From NCBI GenBank assembly GCA_964016885.1, contig OZ024762.1, forward strand, positions 3,100,001 to 3,164,000: a stretch of 64,000 bases of DNA, in the 5' to 3' direction. The stretch comes from Eledone cirrhosa. Its lineage: Eukaryota. The translations under genes were made by a program, and so were the position numbers. Under the pieces are notes generated by a model, which saw nothing but the letters and a program-made list of their open reading frames with translations, was not told where the DNA came from and did not search any database. Positions 1-13,489 of the stretch are shown here, piece after piece; position 1 is the first letter of the stretch, and each line of letters starts with the position of its first letter.

Positions 1-404
1 ATATGCATGCCTTTTGCTATTCTTTTGTTAGATAAGTGAAAAGAAGGAAAGACTAAAAGAAAAACACAGAACTACTACAGACAAGTAATAGCTAATGGAA
101 AGCTTATTCTTTTTCCCCTAACAAAAAAATACAGAGAAAGACAGAAAGATTGCTACTTAAATTTGTTAAATATATGTCATGTCATTTCTGCAATACAAGC
201 TTTCAGCTTTCAAAAGCATCTAGAGGTTACAGCTTCATTTCTATCTATCTATTTCATAATTGAAACGAAGTGTTGGTTGGTTCCCTCAGCACCCACAGCC
301 ATGAAGAACGACGACGTCATCAAAATTAGTCATAGCGAGGCCACGGTTAGTTCTATCTTTCTATCTATTTTTTCTCATTGAAACGAAGTGTAGGTCGGCA
401 ACTG

Positions 405-710
405 GGACCCGTAACACGGAGAGGAACACAAACCTGGGAACTGCCGTCTGTAACACGGAGAGAAGAAGACAGAGAAACCCAGAGAGGAGAAGAGAGAGAA
501 ACCCGGGAACTGTCACCCGTAACACGGAGAGGAGAGAGAAACCCTGGAAGTGCCACCCGTAACACGGAGAGGAGTGGAGAGAGAAACCTTGGAACTGCCA
601 CCTGTAATACGGAGAGGAGAGAAACCCGGGAACTGCCGCTCGTAACACGGAGAGGAGAGATAAACCCGGGAACTGCCGCCCGTAACATAGAGAGGAGTGG
701 AGAGGCGAGA
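405..710. repeat. GC-rich minisatellite (GGGAACTGCCRCCCGTAACACGGAGAGGAG...AAACC)
   Basis: About 7 imperfect tandem units visible. Confidence 0.9.
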
Positions 711-849
711 AAAATAGCCAAAATACTGAGACCTCATCGACAGCTTCCTTTTAGTGCCGGTCGCCGTCGAGACCTCTGGTGTCCTCAGTCTCCGAAGTAC
801 CCTTTTTCTTTGCAAAATTGGAAAAAGTGCATGCCCGCTTGAGGATGGA

Positions 850-1180
850 CCACCTAGACTGAGATGTACCACCTAGACTGGGGTGTAGAGTCTGTCATTC
901 CCTACCACAGCTGTGATATACCACCTAGACTGGGGTGTAGAGACTGTCACTCACAGCTGAGATATACCACCTAGAGTGGGGTGTAGAGTCTGTCACTCAC
1001 AGCTGAGATATACCACCTAGACTGGGGTGTAGAGTCTGTCACTCACAGCTGAGATATACCACCTAGACTGCAGTGTAGAGTCTGCCACTCACAGCTGAGA
1101 TATACCACCTAGACTGGGTTGTAGGGTCTGTCACTCCCTACCACAGCTAAGATGTACCACCTAGACTGGGGTGTAGAGAA
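850..1180. repeat. ~46-bp minisatellite (CCACCTAGACTGGGGTGTAGAGTCTGTCACTCACAGCTGAGATATA)
   Basis: About 6-7 tandem units. Confidence 0.9.
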
Positions 1181-1939
1181 CATGTATAAACGCCTGGAGA
1201 TTAGGTCTCAATTTTGATCCAACGTAATTTCTGCTGTTTCGGGGAGAATGATTTCAATTCGAACTATTTAAACTCAGATGAAGACGGTACGGGACCAGAT
1301 TTAAAGTGTCGCTGATGAAACACTTCAATAATAAATAAATAAATAAATAAATAAACTCAGTTAATCAAAGATCGCTGATAATTTTAATCTCAAGATCTGA
1401 AAATTGTACATCTGAAAGATAATAATTACCTTGGAAGAAAAATTAGGATAAAAAAAAAAACAATTATGAATCTAATGCATAAAACGGCTTCGTTTTTATT
1501 TCTAAAATATAAAAGAAAAATGCTTATAAATATATTATTTTACATTTTTATAAGAAAAATATTTCTCGATTTCGAAATAAAATTATTTTATTAGTATCTT
1601 TACATTTGCTTCCTTGTATCTGTTTGTATATTTATTTCTTTTTGCTCCTAATATTTTTTGTTTGTTGTTTAATTCGTTTTTTTTTTTTTTGTACGTTTAT
1701 TTTTTATATTTTAATTTGTTTTATTTTTTATTTTAATATTTTCTGTAAAACATTACGAGCTTCAAAAAAAAACATTCCTTCAAAAAAAAACATTCCTCTA
1801 TGTTAGAAACTTTGAATACGAATGAAAGTATCAAATATTCTAATTGAATAAAACCGAGAAAGAACTACACGATATATAGAGAAAGAAAGACAAAAGAAAA
1901 TACTTTTAAATACCGACAAAAACTAAACCTGTAAATATA

Positions 1940-2155
1940 TTGGTTTCTGATTTAGGCACAAGGCCAAAAATTTCGGCGTAAGAGAATGTCCACTAAATCG
2001 ACGACAGTCGTTAGTGGTAATTCATTTTATTGATGTTCGTAAGGATGAAAGGCAAAACTAACCTCGGCGGAATTTGAACTCAGAACGTAAAGGGACGTAA
2101 CTATGCCATAAAGCATTTCTGACTCTCTACTGATACTGCCAATCCACCGCCCTTA
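1940..2155 (-). mobile_element. tRNA-derived SINE (family A)
   Basis: Reverse strand has A-box TGGCAGTATC and B-box GAGTTCAAAT, then GCCTTTCATCC...GGCCTTGTGCC. Many dispersed copies in the window. Confidence 0.8.
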
Positions 2156-2394
2156 AACCTTTAAATACGTTGACGAGAGATAAATTTCAACTCTTCAGTC
2201 CAATGAAAATGAAACGTAGAAAATCTGAAGGAAACAAAAAGGCTTTCAAATCTCATCTGTCCACGCGGTATTTTAAAATAACGCGTGAACATACAGATAA
2301 AGATGGCAACATTACTGCTCCCACTGTAAAGTTAACTTCGGCGAGATTTGAACTTAGAGAATGCAGAGAGGCAGAACGAATACCGCAAAGCATT

Positions 2395-2615
2395 CTATCT
2401 GACGTTCTAACCACTCTACCATTCTATCTGTCGTTCTAATGACTACCATTCTATCTGACGTTCTAACCACTCTACCATTCTATCTGTCGTTCTAATGACT
2501 ACCATTCTATCTGACGTTCTAACCACTCTACCATTCTATCTGTCGTTCTAATGACTACCATTCTATCTGTCGTTCTAACGACTACCAATCTATCTGACGT
2601 TCTAATGACTACCAA
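2395..2615. repeat. Tandem repeat expanded from a SINE segment
   Basis: Repeated CATTCTATCTGNCGTTCTAA units inside a SINE A-like copy. Confidence 0.8.
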
Positions 2616-2970
2616 TTCGCCGCCATATACCAAAGCTTCCGTTGCAATTTTGGAATTGGAGGGGCTTAAGTATATATATATATATATATATATGTATTGT
2701 TGGGCGGAGAGGGAAGTGCTGCCTTCCAGTCAGTTTGTTGAAAGGTGGGTGAGAGAGGCAAGCATGGCCCGGGTGGATGGGCTTTCCCTGAGCGTGTCCC
2801 TGTAGTATCGTAGGAGGAAAACTGGAAGAGGGCGCTTGCTCTAGCGGTGAGGGTGACCGTGACTTTATGTGGGCTTTCTCCACGAGTGACGCACGGAAGT
2901 CTCCCTCCTCACCTATTGGGGAATTTTTCCTTTGTTTTCTTTTTTTTCTTACATCCTTTGTTTTTCTTTA

Positions 2971-3004
<34 letters not shown>

Positions 3005-4604
3005 TTTTTTTTACACGCAGAAATGCCCATTTGTACCGCCCTGTGTCGTCCTTAATGTTATCCCTTCAATGGACGAAAGATAAAGTTGACTTTAGCGAGA
3101 TTTGAACTGAGAGAGCAGAGAACTGAAACTAATGCTACAAAATATTTTATCTGGGGTTCTAACGACTCTACTAATTCGCCGCCTCAAATATGAGGTATGT
3201 ATGAATCTATGGTCTCGTAACTCCTGATAGGGCCCCGTGTTGACATACGACGTTTCTGGGGCATTTTTATCGACCATGAATGGATGAAAGGCAAAACTGA
3301 CTTCGGTGGGATTTGAACTCAAAAGAGAGCAGCGAACAAATGATTACTAGAAAGTATCCTATCTGTGGTTTTAAAGACTCTGCCAATTCATCAGCTATAA
3401 CAGTTGATCAACAAGTTCCCAAACCTCATTAACGATTGGGTGGAGCTTGTAAAATCGGACCGAGTAAATAATGTTTCCATCGGGTCTTTCCAATTGCTAA
3501 TACTATCTATCGGTCGCAAATCCAGGCAGAAGGAGCAACGTGAAGTAAAGTGTCATGTTCAAGGACATAACACATCGCCCGGTCCGGGAATCGAACTCAC
3601 AACCTCACAATTGCGAATCTAATTCTTTTCCCATCCAGTCACGCGCCTTCATGGCAATATATATTTTTTCACGCTTTCTAACGCTAAATCATTAATAACA
3701 ATATACCGTATTTGCCGGCCTGTTGGACGCTCCTTCGCATAAGACGCCCTCTTCTTTTTATTATATTATACGTTATATTTTCAGGCATTTTTAGGGACCA
3801 CGTCCAATATTCGCGGTTTTTTCACTCTTCGCTGGTGCTATTGAAACGTAGCCCCCGCGAATACATAACCCATCGCCCGGTCCAGGAATCGAGCTCACAA
3901 CCTCACGATTGCGAATCCAATTCTCTAACCACTCAGCCATACTCCTTCATCTCCCCTAATCTCCTTATATTAATCTCTAATTAAGGCCACAACGCCACCA
4001 AATTGATTAAATCAACCCAAGTATATTACTGATACTTTCTTTTATTCCAATCCACCAATTTTTCACAATATCAATAATGGTTTTTAATTTAGGCACAAGG
4101 CCAGCATTTTTTGTGGGATGGGGAAGAATCAATTATATCGACCCAAGTTCTTTGCTGGTAACTAGCAGAAAACCACCCTTTGGTGTAGTGTGCATATTGA
4201 TATTATACGTAAATATACCTGCATGTAGATATGATACGTCAAATAAAATCGTAATTGACAATATGCACAGAAATTGAAGTGAGACTGTGTTACACTGTCT
4301 TCTGTAATCAGTAAAGTAATCAATGATACATTTAAAAAAGACGATATTATATATAAACTGCATTACGGTGAAATTTTATGAAAACGAAAAAGGAGAAAAT
4401 TAGCGACGGAAATATAAACGTTATATAATGATGCAAATATATGTACGTTTAAATAAGCGATGTGATACAGCGTCCATTATATCATAATCGGAAGTATTGA
4501 CATTTGAAAATTTTAAAAGAAAGGGATCTTGAAATAAGCAATACAATTATTTATATTTAATCAAGAGTTACGAAATTTAGTGCATAAATTATGTAATATT
4601 CATT

Positions 4605-4785
4605 CATTTTGGCAGTATCGGTAGAGGGTCGGACATGCTTTCCAGCATAGTTGCGTCCCTTTATGATCTGAGTTCAAATCCCTCTAAGGTTAACTTTGCC
4701 TTTCATCCTTACGGGGTCGATAAAATAAAGTACCGGTAATGCACTGGATATTTGCTGGCCTTGTGCCAAACGTAGAAACAATTAT
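4605..4785 (+). mobile_element. tRNA-derived SINE (family A)
   Basis: TGGCAGTATCGGTAGAG...GAGTTCAAATCC...GCCTTTCATCC...GGCCTTGTGCC. Confidence 0.85.
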
Positions 4786-4803
4786 ATATATATATATATA
4801 TAT

Positions 4804-5330
4804 TGTTATACTTTGGGAGGGTCATGTTGCCAATAAGAAACACACGCACCAGTTGCTTTCACTTGTAAGTTGTGATATTGCTGTTCCAAACATGAATGGA
4901 ACAGCAACATCACAACTTACAATTAAGGACAAAATGAAAACACACACACACATAGAACAAACAACCAACCAGTAACATGTAAATAAACAAATAAATAAAC
5001 AAATAAATAAACAAATATAAACACACACAGACACCCGGATGTAACACATGCGCAAACTAAGCACACAACACACACAAAAACAAGATGGCGTAGGACAGAA
5101 CAAAGGAGAGGCACAAAAACAAAGAAAAGAATCCCCAGTCACTGAAGAGGTCACAGAATGTGTGACGAAAGAACTTTGACAATATATAAACAATCATCTG
5201 GTTGTGGAACCAACCAACCAACCGGAAATTTATAAATTCCTAAATTTATAAATTTATTATAATAAATTGAAGTGAAAGCAACTGGTGCGTGTGTTTCTTA
5301 TTGGCAACATGACCCTCCCAAAGTATAACA
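4804..5330. mobile_element. Non-autonomous TIR element, Ginger-like
   Basis: Perfect 61-bp TIRs (4804-4864 and 5270-5330) with TGT...ACA ends, and ATAT on both flanks. Confidence 0.75.
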
Positions 5331-5691
5331 ATATCGGTTTCAACACACGTTTTCAGATAAAGAATCTTGCTAAACAAATTCAGAAACGATGAGTTGTATA
5401 TATATATAATTGACAAGTAAATGCAGCCATTAATGTCAACTAACGAGCGACATTCTGTCCGTTCTACCAATCATAGAGTGTTTGTTGTTAGTGTTGTAGA
5501 ATAAGATATTATCTTGGTGGTGGTGGTAGAGGGGGTGGGGGGTAGGGGGGGGGACTCCTGGGCGGCAGTGGAGTGACACTTGTTCATTAGAGATATTTAC
5601 ATACGGATCGTATATATATACCTACCTATATTTCCCTCTCTTTCCATATACACACATATATATACATACACATATATATACATATATATAC

Positions 5692-5751
<60 letters not shown>

Positions 5752-6099
5752 TTATATATATATATATACATTTATATATATATTTATATATACATATGTA
5801 TATACATATATATATATATATATACATATGTATATACATATATATATATATATATGTATATACATATATATATATATATATATATACATATGTATATACA
5901 TATATATATATACATATGTATATACATATGTATATACATATATATATATACATATGTATATACATATATATATATATACACATATATATATATACACATA
6001 TATATATATATATATACAATATACATACACATATATACATATATATACACATATATACATATATATATATACACATATATACATATATATATACACATA

Positions 6100-6430
6100 T
6101 ATGGTGGCTGCCAACTCGTTTTCGAGTACGGCCACTACTTTATATCCATGTAGGAGAACCCCTACCGATGCGCTGAACGAGTGTGACTTTTTAGTCCAGC
6201 CAGCGACTTGAAAACTCTGGTACAAACACCACACTTGTGACAATTATTGACACATAGTGCTTTGCATTTGGTACCATGTGACGACAAGTGCAGAGAGATC
6301 TCCAGATATAAAGCAATGCCTGTGCCGTGAAGCTTTTATAGTGAGCAAAGGCACTGCACAAAGCCAGTCCCACTCTCTTAACCAAGATGATATTTACCAA
6401 AAAGAAGAACAAGTCAACATCATTGGATAC
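6100..6430 (-). mobile_element. LINE 3' end fragment (RTE-like) with terminal C2H2 finger
   Basis: Minus strand 6250-6162 reads [26 protein letters not shown], followed by a short UTR and microsatellite. Confidence 0.6.
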
Positions 6431-6667
6431 CATCAGGGTTGCAGGTGTTATATCAGAGTTTTCCTTCTCCTAGAATTCTGCCTTGACAAAGGCTAAGGGG
6501 TCATCTCTCCCAAATACACATATATACATATATATATACACATATATACACACATATATACACATATATACATATATATACACATATACATACACACATA
6601 TATATACATATATATACACATATATATACATATATACTCATATATACTACTACAGCAATGAATATAA

Positions 6668-6703
<36 letters not shown>

Positions 6704-6704
6704 T

Positions 6705-7140
6705 TATATTCATTGCTGTAGTGGAGTCTGTGCTGCTGTATGGGTCTGAGACTTGGACACTGACCAAGAAACTCACTCAGATGGTGGATGGGTGCTACAC
6801 GAGAATGCTGAGGATGGCTCTGAACATTAATCAGTATACACTGAGGATGAAAAACTCGGAGCTGTATGGGAGCATCCCAAAAGTCAGCTCAAAAGTGACA
6901 CAGAGGAGACTGAGGTTGGCTGGACATGCTCACCGACATCCAGAGTTGACATTGCACTCAGTGCTCCTTTGGGAGCCCCTACATGGACACACTAGAAGAG
7001 GAAGACCAAGGTTAACATATGTTGATGCCCTAAGGACAGACACTGGTCTGTTGGAGATGCAGGATATGGCAGCGATAATGAGGGACAGAGACCGCTGGAG
7101 AGAACTCGTCCATGGATCTCGGGAATTTTACCCGCCTTAG
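6705..7140 (+). mobile_element. RTE-type LINE 3' fragment
   Basis: [15 protein letters not shown]...RMLRMALNI...RRLRLAGH...GRPRLTY...DRDRWR motifs. Confidence 0.9.
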
Positions 7141-7144
7141 ATAG

Positions 7145-7190
<46 letters not shown>

Positions 7191-7194
7191 ATAC

Positions 7195-7227
<33 letters not shown>

Positions 7228-7232
7228 CATAC

Positions 7233-7263
<31 letters not shown>

Positions 7264-7268
7264 CATAC

Positions 7269-7301
<33 letters not shown>

Positions 7302-7482
7302 CATACATATATATATATACATATATATATATACATATACATACATATATATATATACATATATATATATACATATACATACATATATATATATACATAT
7401 ATATATATACATATACATACATATATATATATACATATATATATATACATATATATATATACATATACATATATATATATAC

Positions 7483-7557
<75 letters not shown>

Positions 7558-7764
7558 CATATATATATACATATATATATACATATATATATACATACAT
7601 ATACATATATATATATATACATATATATATACATATATATATACATACATATATATATACATACATATATATATACATACATATATATATATATATATAC
7701 ATACATATATATATATACATACATATATATATACATACATATATACATATATATATACATACAT

Positions 7765-7940
7765 AAAAAAGCGCAGCTCCCTAATTCATAGTCTACAAAT
7801 GGCTGCGATAGCTGGCACCTTCAAAATTTGCAAAACATTCTTGCGATTCAAGGGATGACAATTTCTTTTCTTTTACAACCTTGCCACCAGGAAGGTGGCC
7901 GGTCAAAATAATATACTCGAAATTAAGAGAAAGAGAAAAT
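7765..7940 (+). mobile_element. R4/Dong-like retrotransposon 3' end (subfamily 2)
   Basis: [19 protein letters not shown] plus 3' UTR, flanked by CATA repeats. Near-identical to 9174-9422. Confidence 0.75.
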
Positions 7941-7941
7941 A

Positions 7942-7975
<34 letters not shown>

Positions 7976-8005
7976 CATACATACATACATATATACATAC
8001 ATACA

Positions 8006-8039
<34 letters not shown>

Positions 8040-8061
8040 CATATATACATACATACATACA

Positions 8062-8095
<34 letters not shown>

Positions 8096-8124
8096 CATAC
8101 ATATATATATACATACATACATAT

Positions 8125-8157
<33 letters not shown>

Positions 8158-8287
8158 CATACATACATATATATACATACATATACATACACATATGTAT
8201 ATATAGGTAAAGGAGGTTTGAGTGAGGCAAATAGCGTGGGGATGACTTGTATATATGTGCGTGCAGGTATCTAATATATATATATAT

Positions 8288-8322
<35 letters not shown>

Positions 8323-8323
8323 A

Positions 8324-8368
<45 letters not shown>

Positions 8369-8915
8369 AGTATGTGTGTGTGTGTGTGCGTGCGTGTGCG
8401 TGTGTGTGTATAAGTCACTAACGAGCAAATGCTCACCATACCATTAAATGACAACACCACCATCGTCATGACCATTTACACTACGATACCACCAACATTA
8501 CCACCAATCCAAGACCAACCATCACCATCATCACCATCATCATCATCACAATTAGCATCACAGTAAACCACCACCCCACCCCCCACCACCCCCCACCACC
8601 CCTTATCGAGATATCATCTCCACCGTCGTCAACAAGTGAAACGTCATCTGTCGAGTTAATAAACATCAGATTCGAAAGAAAGACTTTTTTTTTTTTGTTA
8701 GACAAAACGTCATATTTAAAATGGCGATATTGACATATGTTAAATGAAGTCGTTCTATAAGACAAATACGAAAATATGTTGAAATCAATAGGTCAAATAT
8801 GATATTATGGTGAATTGCGAAAATAGAACGAATGTTTATTGATTTTAAATTTAAGCACAAGGCCAGGGAATGTGAAGCCACAGTACGTACGTACGTATAT
8901 ATGTATGTATGTATG

Positions 8916-9157
8916 TTCTTTTGTTTCATAATTTCACAAATGTTTGCCAATAGAGAGAGAGTCGGTTTCTAACATAGATACAAGACTCTCATTGGAATTT
9001 ACCAATCAACTAGGTAGATATGTCTGCATGCGTGCAGGTGTGGATGTTATTGTATGTGCGGATGTGTATGATTTGAGTTATATGTGTGTATATGATGTTA
9101 TTAGATGCAGAATTTTTGGAACCCTTTACATATTTTTACTGTTCCATTACTGGATTG
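8916..9157 (-). mobile_element. R4/Dong-like retrotransposon 3' end (subfamily 1)
   Basis: Homologous to 17622-17917. TATG repeats on both sides. Confidence 0.75.
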
Positions 9158-9173
9158 TATGTATGTATGTATG

Positions 9174-9422
9174 TTATCCCTTTCTCTTAATTTCGAGTAT
9201 ATTTTTTTGACCGGTCACCTTCCTGGTGGCAAGGTTGTAAAAGAAAAGAAATTGTCATCCCTTGAATCGCAAAAATGTTTTGCAAATTTTGAAGGTACCA
9301 GCTATCGCAGCCATTTGTAGACTATGAATTAGGGAGCTGCGCTTTTTGTCCGCAAATCCAAGTTCAGTCATACTTTGGTCCAAGCGGGTTGGTATATAAC
9401 CCGTAGCTCCAATAATGATGGG
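9174..9422 (-). mobile_element. R4/Dong-like retrotransposon 3' end (subfamily 2)
   Basis: PIIIGATGYIP...GTFKICKTF, the C-terminus of a restriction-like endonuclease. TATG repeats on both sides. Confidence 0.8.
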
Positions 9423-9879
9423 TATGTATGTATGTATGTATGTATGTATGTATGTATGTATGTATGTATGTATGTATGTATGCATGCATGGTCACGTAAC
9501 CCCTGATAGAATCGTAGGGGCGCCGTGTTGACATACAGCGTATTGGGGGCATTTTAAGCCTGGTGGAGCCCACCCCCCTCCAGACCTGAGTACAGCAGAT
9601 ATCTTCCATAGAAAGATAGAAAGTGAAAGAGAGATATAGAGGAAGAATCGACCCAGTACTAATACTGGTACTTTTTTATTGACCTCGAAAGGATGAAAGG
9701 CAAAATTGACCTCGGCGGGATTTGAACGAATACCATAAAGCCTTCTATCCGATGTTCTAACGATTTTGCCAATTCGCCGCCTTGAAGCAAGAGTACAGAA
9801 ATATATATTCCAGATGATTCCATACGGATGAAACAGCTGTAGTCCTGTAGAAATCATTTCTATATAAGACCTCGGGCGT

Positions 9880-10350
9880 ACTTGGACCCCTTTTGTGTAT
9901 CTTACGGATACCGTAGAAAAGGCTGAGTTTGTTTTGAAGTCAGTGATATAGTTGTATTCCTTGTCGGTAAGTCCTTCTCTGTTAAGGGTTATCAGAGTTT
10001 TTAGGTTTCTCATTATTTTCTGTTGGCTGTAGCGTTGAGCCTTTTCGTAGTATGTTTCGTCTTCTAAAGATGAGAGTACTAGGGTTGTATAATATTCTGT
10101 CTCCATAAGGACTACCGCACTCCATTTATCCACCTCTTTTATTGTTATAGTTTTATCATTCTTTAATCTGTTAAGCTCATCCCATTCTTTCTTGTTGGGG
10201 TTTGGCTTGTGTTTATGTCTGTGTAGGTGTTGATATGGGTGATTTGTAATGTGTTCGATGGAATGTAGTTGCTTCTATTTCTAGCTAGTGAAGTTCTCGC
10301 TAAGTCTTAATTTTCTACAAAATTCTGCAATGTCTTCCTTCATTTCGGAG
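9880..10350 (-). mobile_element. Penelope-like element fragment
   Basis: IKEVDKWSAVVLMETEYY...LEDETYY resembles the PLE IKxADKGxxVVxM region. A decayed hammerhead lies next to it at 9811-9841. Confidence 0.7.
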
Positions 10351-10351
10351 T

Positions 10352-10448
10352 AGGGTGTTCCCCAAAAATGTATACATACTTCAACACCATTCTAATAAAT
10401 ATTGCCTGTACTGGTAATCAAAATGTGTATACATTTTGGGGGACACTG
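10352..10448. mobile_element. Short Tc1/mariner-like MITE
   Basis: Imperfect TIRs GTGTTCCCCAAAAATGTATACA and TGTATACATTTTGGGGACAC. Confidence 0.55.
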
Positions 10449-10642
10449 TGTGTGTGGCGGTATTGTAATGTTAATGGTACGGTTAACTTTAGAGAGTAAT
10501 AGTTAAGGGAGAGGGGGGGGGGGATTATTAGTATGAGTTTGGAAAAAATAATTAAATTTATTGTAGATAATGAAAATAAAGAAAAAAAATTAATAGGATT
10601 TGAAATTATCTGAAAAATACTTTTCAAAACTAATTCACGAAA

Positions 10643-10685
<43 letters not shown>

Positions 10686-11030
10686 CTCGGAACAATAAGT
10701 CTCTCCGTCTACTACCACTACTCCACCTGGCAGACCAACGCCTTTCTTTCTCGCCTCCTCTTGCAAGAAGTCATGTTTTCATTACAAAACGTTTACCTGA
10801 CGAGATATTGCGGTCGGCATGCCTCGAAACATATGTAGTGTTGGTTTGTTTATATTAACACATTACAGCTCTTTCAGAAATGATTGAGTTCTCTTCACGC
10901 CTTGGGATATTGAAATTGTTACAATATACGTAGTGTGTGTGTGTATGCGTGTGAGTGAGTGTGAGTGTGTGTGTGTGTCAGGTGTATTTAATCATATACG
11001 AAACGTTCATGACAATATAGATTTTTATAG

Positions 11031-11121
<91 letters not shown>

Positions 11122-11193
11122 CATTTTATATATATATATATATATACATTTTATATATATATATATATATACATTTTATATATATATATATAT

Positions 11194-11234
<41 letters not shown>

Positions 11235-11351
11235 TTTATATATACATATGTATGCATGTAAACACATATATATATATATATATACATGTATTTATACAAA
11301 CATATATATATATATACACATGTATATATACGAACATATATATATATAAAC

Positions 11352-11436
<85 letters not shown>

Positions 11437-11789
11437 GTGTATATATATAATATTGCCGTACTAGATATAGTTTTTGATGAAAATTAAGATTATTGAAGAA
11501 GAAAGGTTTAATAAAAATTGCCTAATTTGTAGTCGATGTCTATACTTGAAGATTTCGTTTTTCGTTTCTTGTTATTTGTTCTTATTTTTATACTATCCGT
11601 TCTCCATATAGATTGGATTATAAATCTGTCGTGATCTCATCTTTCTCCTCCTGTGAGATTTCAAGTTAATCACGCGATATTGCAATCTCTCACATAACAA
11701 TACCTTTCTTTATTCTGGCTTTTATCAATGCCATCTTTGATCGATCCCTCGCCTAACTTCATCTTTATCTTTATCTCCCCCCCCCCTTT

Positions 11790-12420
11790 CTCTATCTCTC
11801 TCTCTATCGCTCAAATCCATCTGTTTATATATTATATATATATCCCTGTTTATCTACATATACTGTATATCTATCTATCTATCTTCTTCTCTCTCTTCTT
11901 CTTTATCTCACCCTCTCTTTCTATGTATCTATCTCTATCTATCTCTCCCCCTCTCTCTCAAATCCATCTGTTTATATATTATATATATATCCCTGTTTAT
12001 CTACATATACTGTATATCTATCTATCTATCTTCTTCTCTCTCTTCTTCTTTATCTCACCCTCTCTTTCTATGTATCTATCTCTATCTATCTCTCCCCCTC
12101 TCTCTCAAATCCATCTGTTTATATATTATATATATATCCCTGTTTATCTACATATACTGTATATCTATCTATCTACATATGTATCTATCTATCTTCCTCT
12201 CTCTCTTCTTTTTTATCTCACCCTCTCTTTCTATGTATCTATCTCTTCCCCTCTCTCTCAAATCCATCTGTTTATGTATATATATATATCCCTGTTTATC
12301 TACCTATGTATCTATATATCTATCTATCTCACCCCCCCTCTCTCTCTCTCTCGGTCTCTCTCCCAAACTCATCTGTTTATGTATATATATATCTGTCTAC
12401 CTATGTATCTATCTACCTAT
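11790..12420. repeat. 147-bp unit tandem repeat of CT/TA low-complexity sequence
   Basis: TCAAATCCATCTG recurs at 11811, 11958 and 12105, then in degenerate copies. Confidence 0.85.
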
Positions 12421-12465
12421 CTCTCTTCCCTCTCCCTCTCTCTCTCACCCTGTCATATATATATA

Positions 12466-13485
12466 TACTAGTGAAGTAATAGACTGGTTTAAAAATATAG
12501 AAAATAAGAAAAATCACAAATTTATTTAAATGGACATAGCAAGTTACTACTTATCTATTACACCTAACCTCTTGAATAAGGCTTTGTCTTATGCTTATAA
12601 ACATACAGATCTAACTAGCGAGGAGATTAATATCATATTAACAGCTAGAAGAACCCTAATTATTTTTAATAATGCGTTTTGGACCCGCTCGGATTGGAAT
12701 AGAAATGTTGACATTACCATGGAGTCATCTGACTCTGCACAAATTACCGATCTTCTGGGAATTTTTATCCTCAATATGGTCAATAGAAAATTGCCGGAGA
12801 TTACCGGTGGTTTATATAGGGATGATATTTTATTTACTGTAGTTAAGCATAGCAATACAGAACTAAATAGGGTTAAGAAACAATAATAGAATTCTTTAAA
12901 AATTATGACCTCAAATTAGAAGTTGAAAGTAGCACTAAAGTAGTTAACTTCCTTGATGTCACCCTTAATTTAAATTCAGGATTATATTAGCCCTTCCATA
13001 AGCCCAGTGAAAACCTAAATTATGTTAACTATTACTCAAATCACCCTAAATCCGTGAAAAATGCAATAGTCAATAGTGTTCAAAAACGCTTAACAAGATT
13101 ATCCGCTAACAAATCCATTTTTGATGAAAAAGCTGGATATTATAATGAGGCATTACATAAGGCAGGATATAAAAATAATATTGAATATCTAGATAATACT
13201 AATTCGAATTATAAATTAGGTAAAAATACGAATAACATAAATAAAGCTGACTCTAAAAATTATTTAAATATAAATAAAAATAATAATGTGAATAAATCTC
13301 GGAAAAAAATCAGAACCAAAGCAGTTATTTGGTATGCACCTCCCGCGTCTTTAGCTATCAAAACACCCCTGGCAAATTTATTCTTTAATGCTTTAAATAA
13401 ATGCTTTCCCAGTACACATAAATACCATTCTATATTCAATAGACATACAATTAAGCTATCTTACTCTACAACTATGAATATGGCA
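12466..13485 (+). mobile_element. Penelope-like element reverse transcriptase fragment (decayed)
   Basis: VIDWFKNI, DIASYY, GLYRDDIL, FLDVTLNL, SNHPKS, IWYAPP and IFNRHTIKLSYS motifs, with internal stops and a frameshift. Confidence 0.88.
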
Positions 13486-13489
13486 CAGA

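Noticed and set aside
1270-1330. CTGATGA/GAAA-like words here and at about 54833
   Set aside because: The helices and order needed for a hammerhead could not be built.
5580-8475. Long YI/HT/CV-rich ORFs, also at 10933, 18862, 25699, 29165, 32140, 48836 and 51259
   Set aside because: They are translations of TA, CA and CATA microsatellites.
11811-12105. 147-bp period equal to nucleosome core length
   Set aside because: Only about three copies of low-complexity sequence, so probably coincidence.
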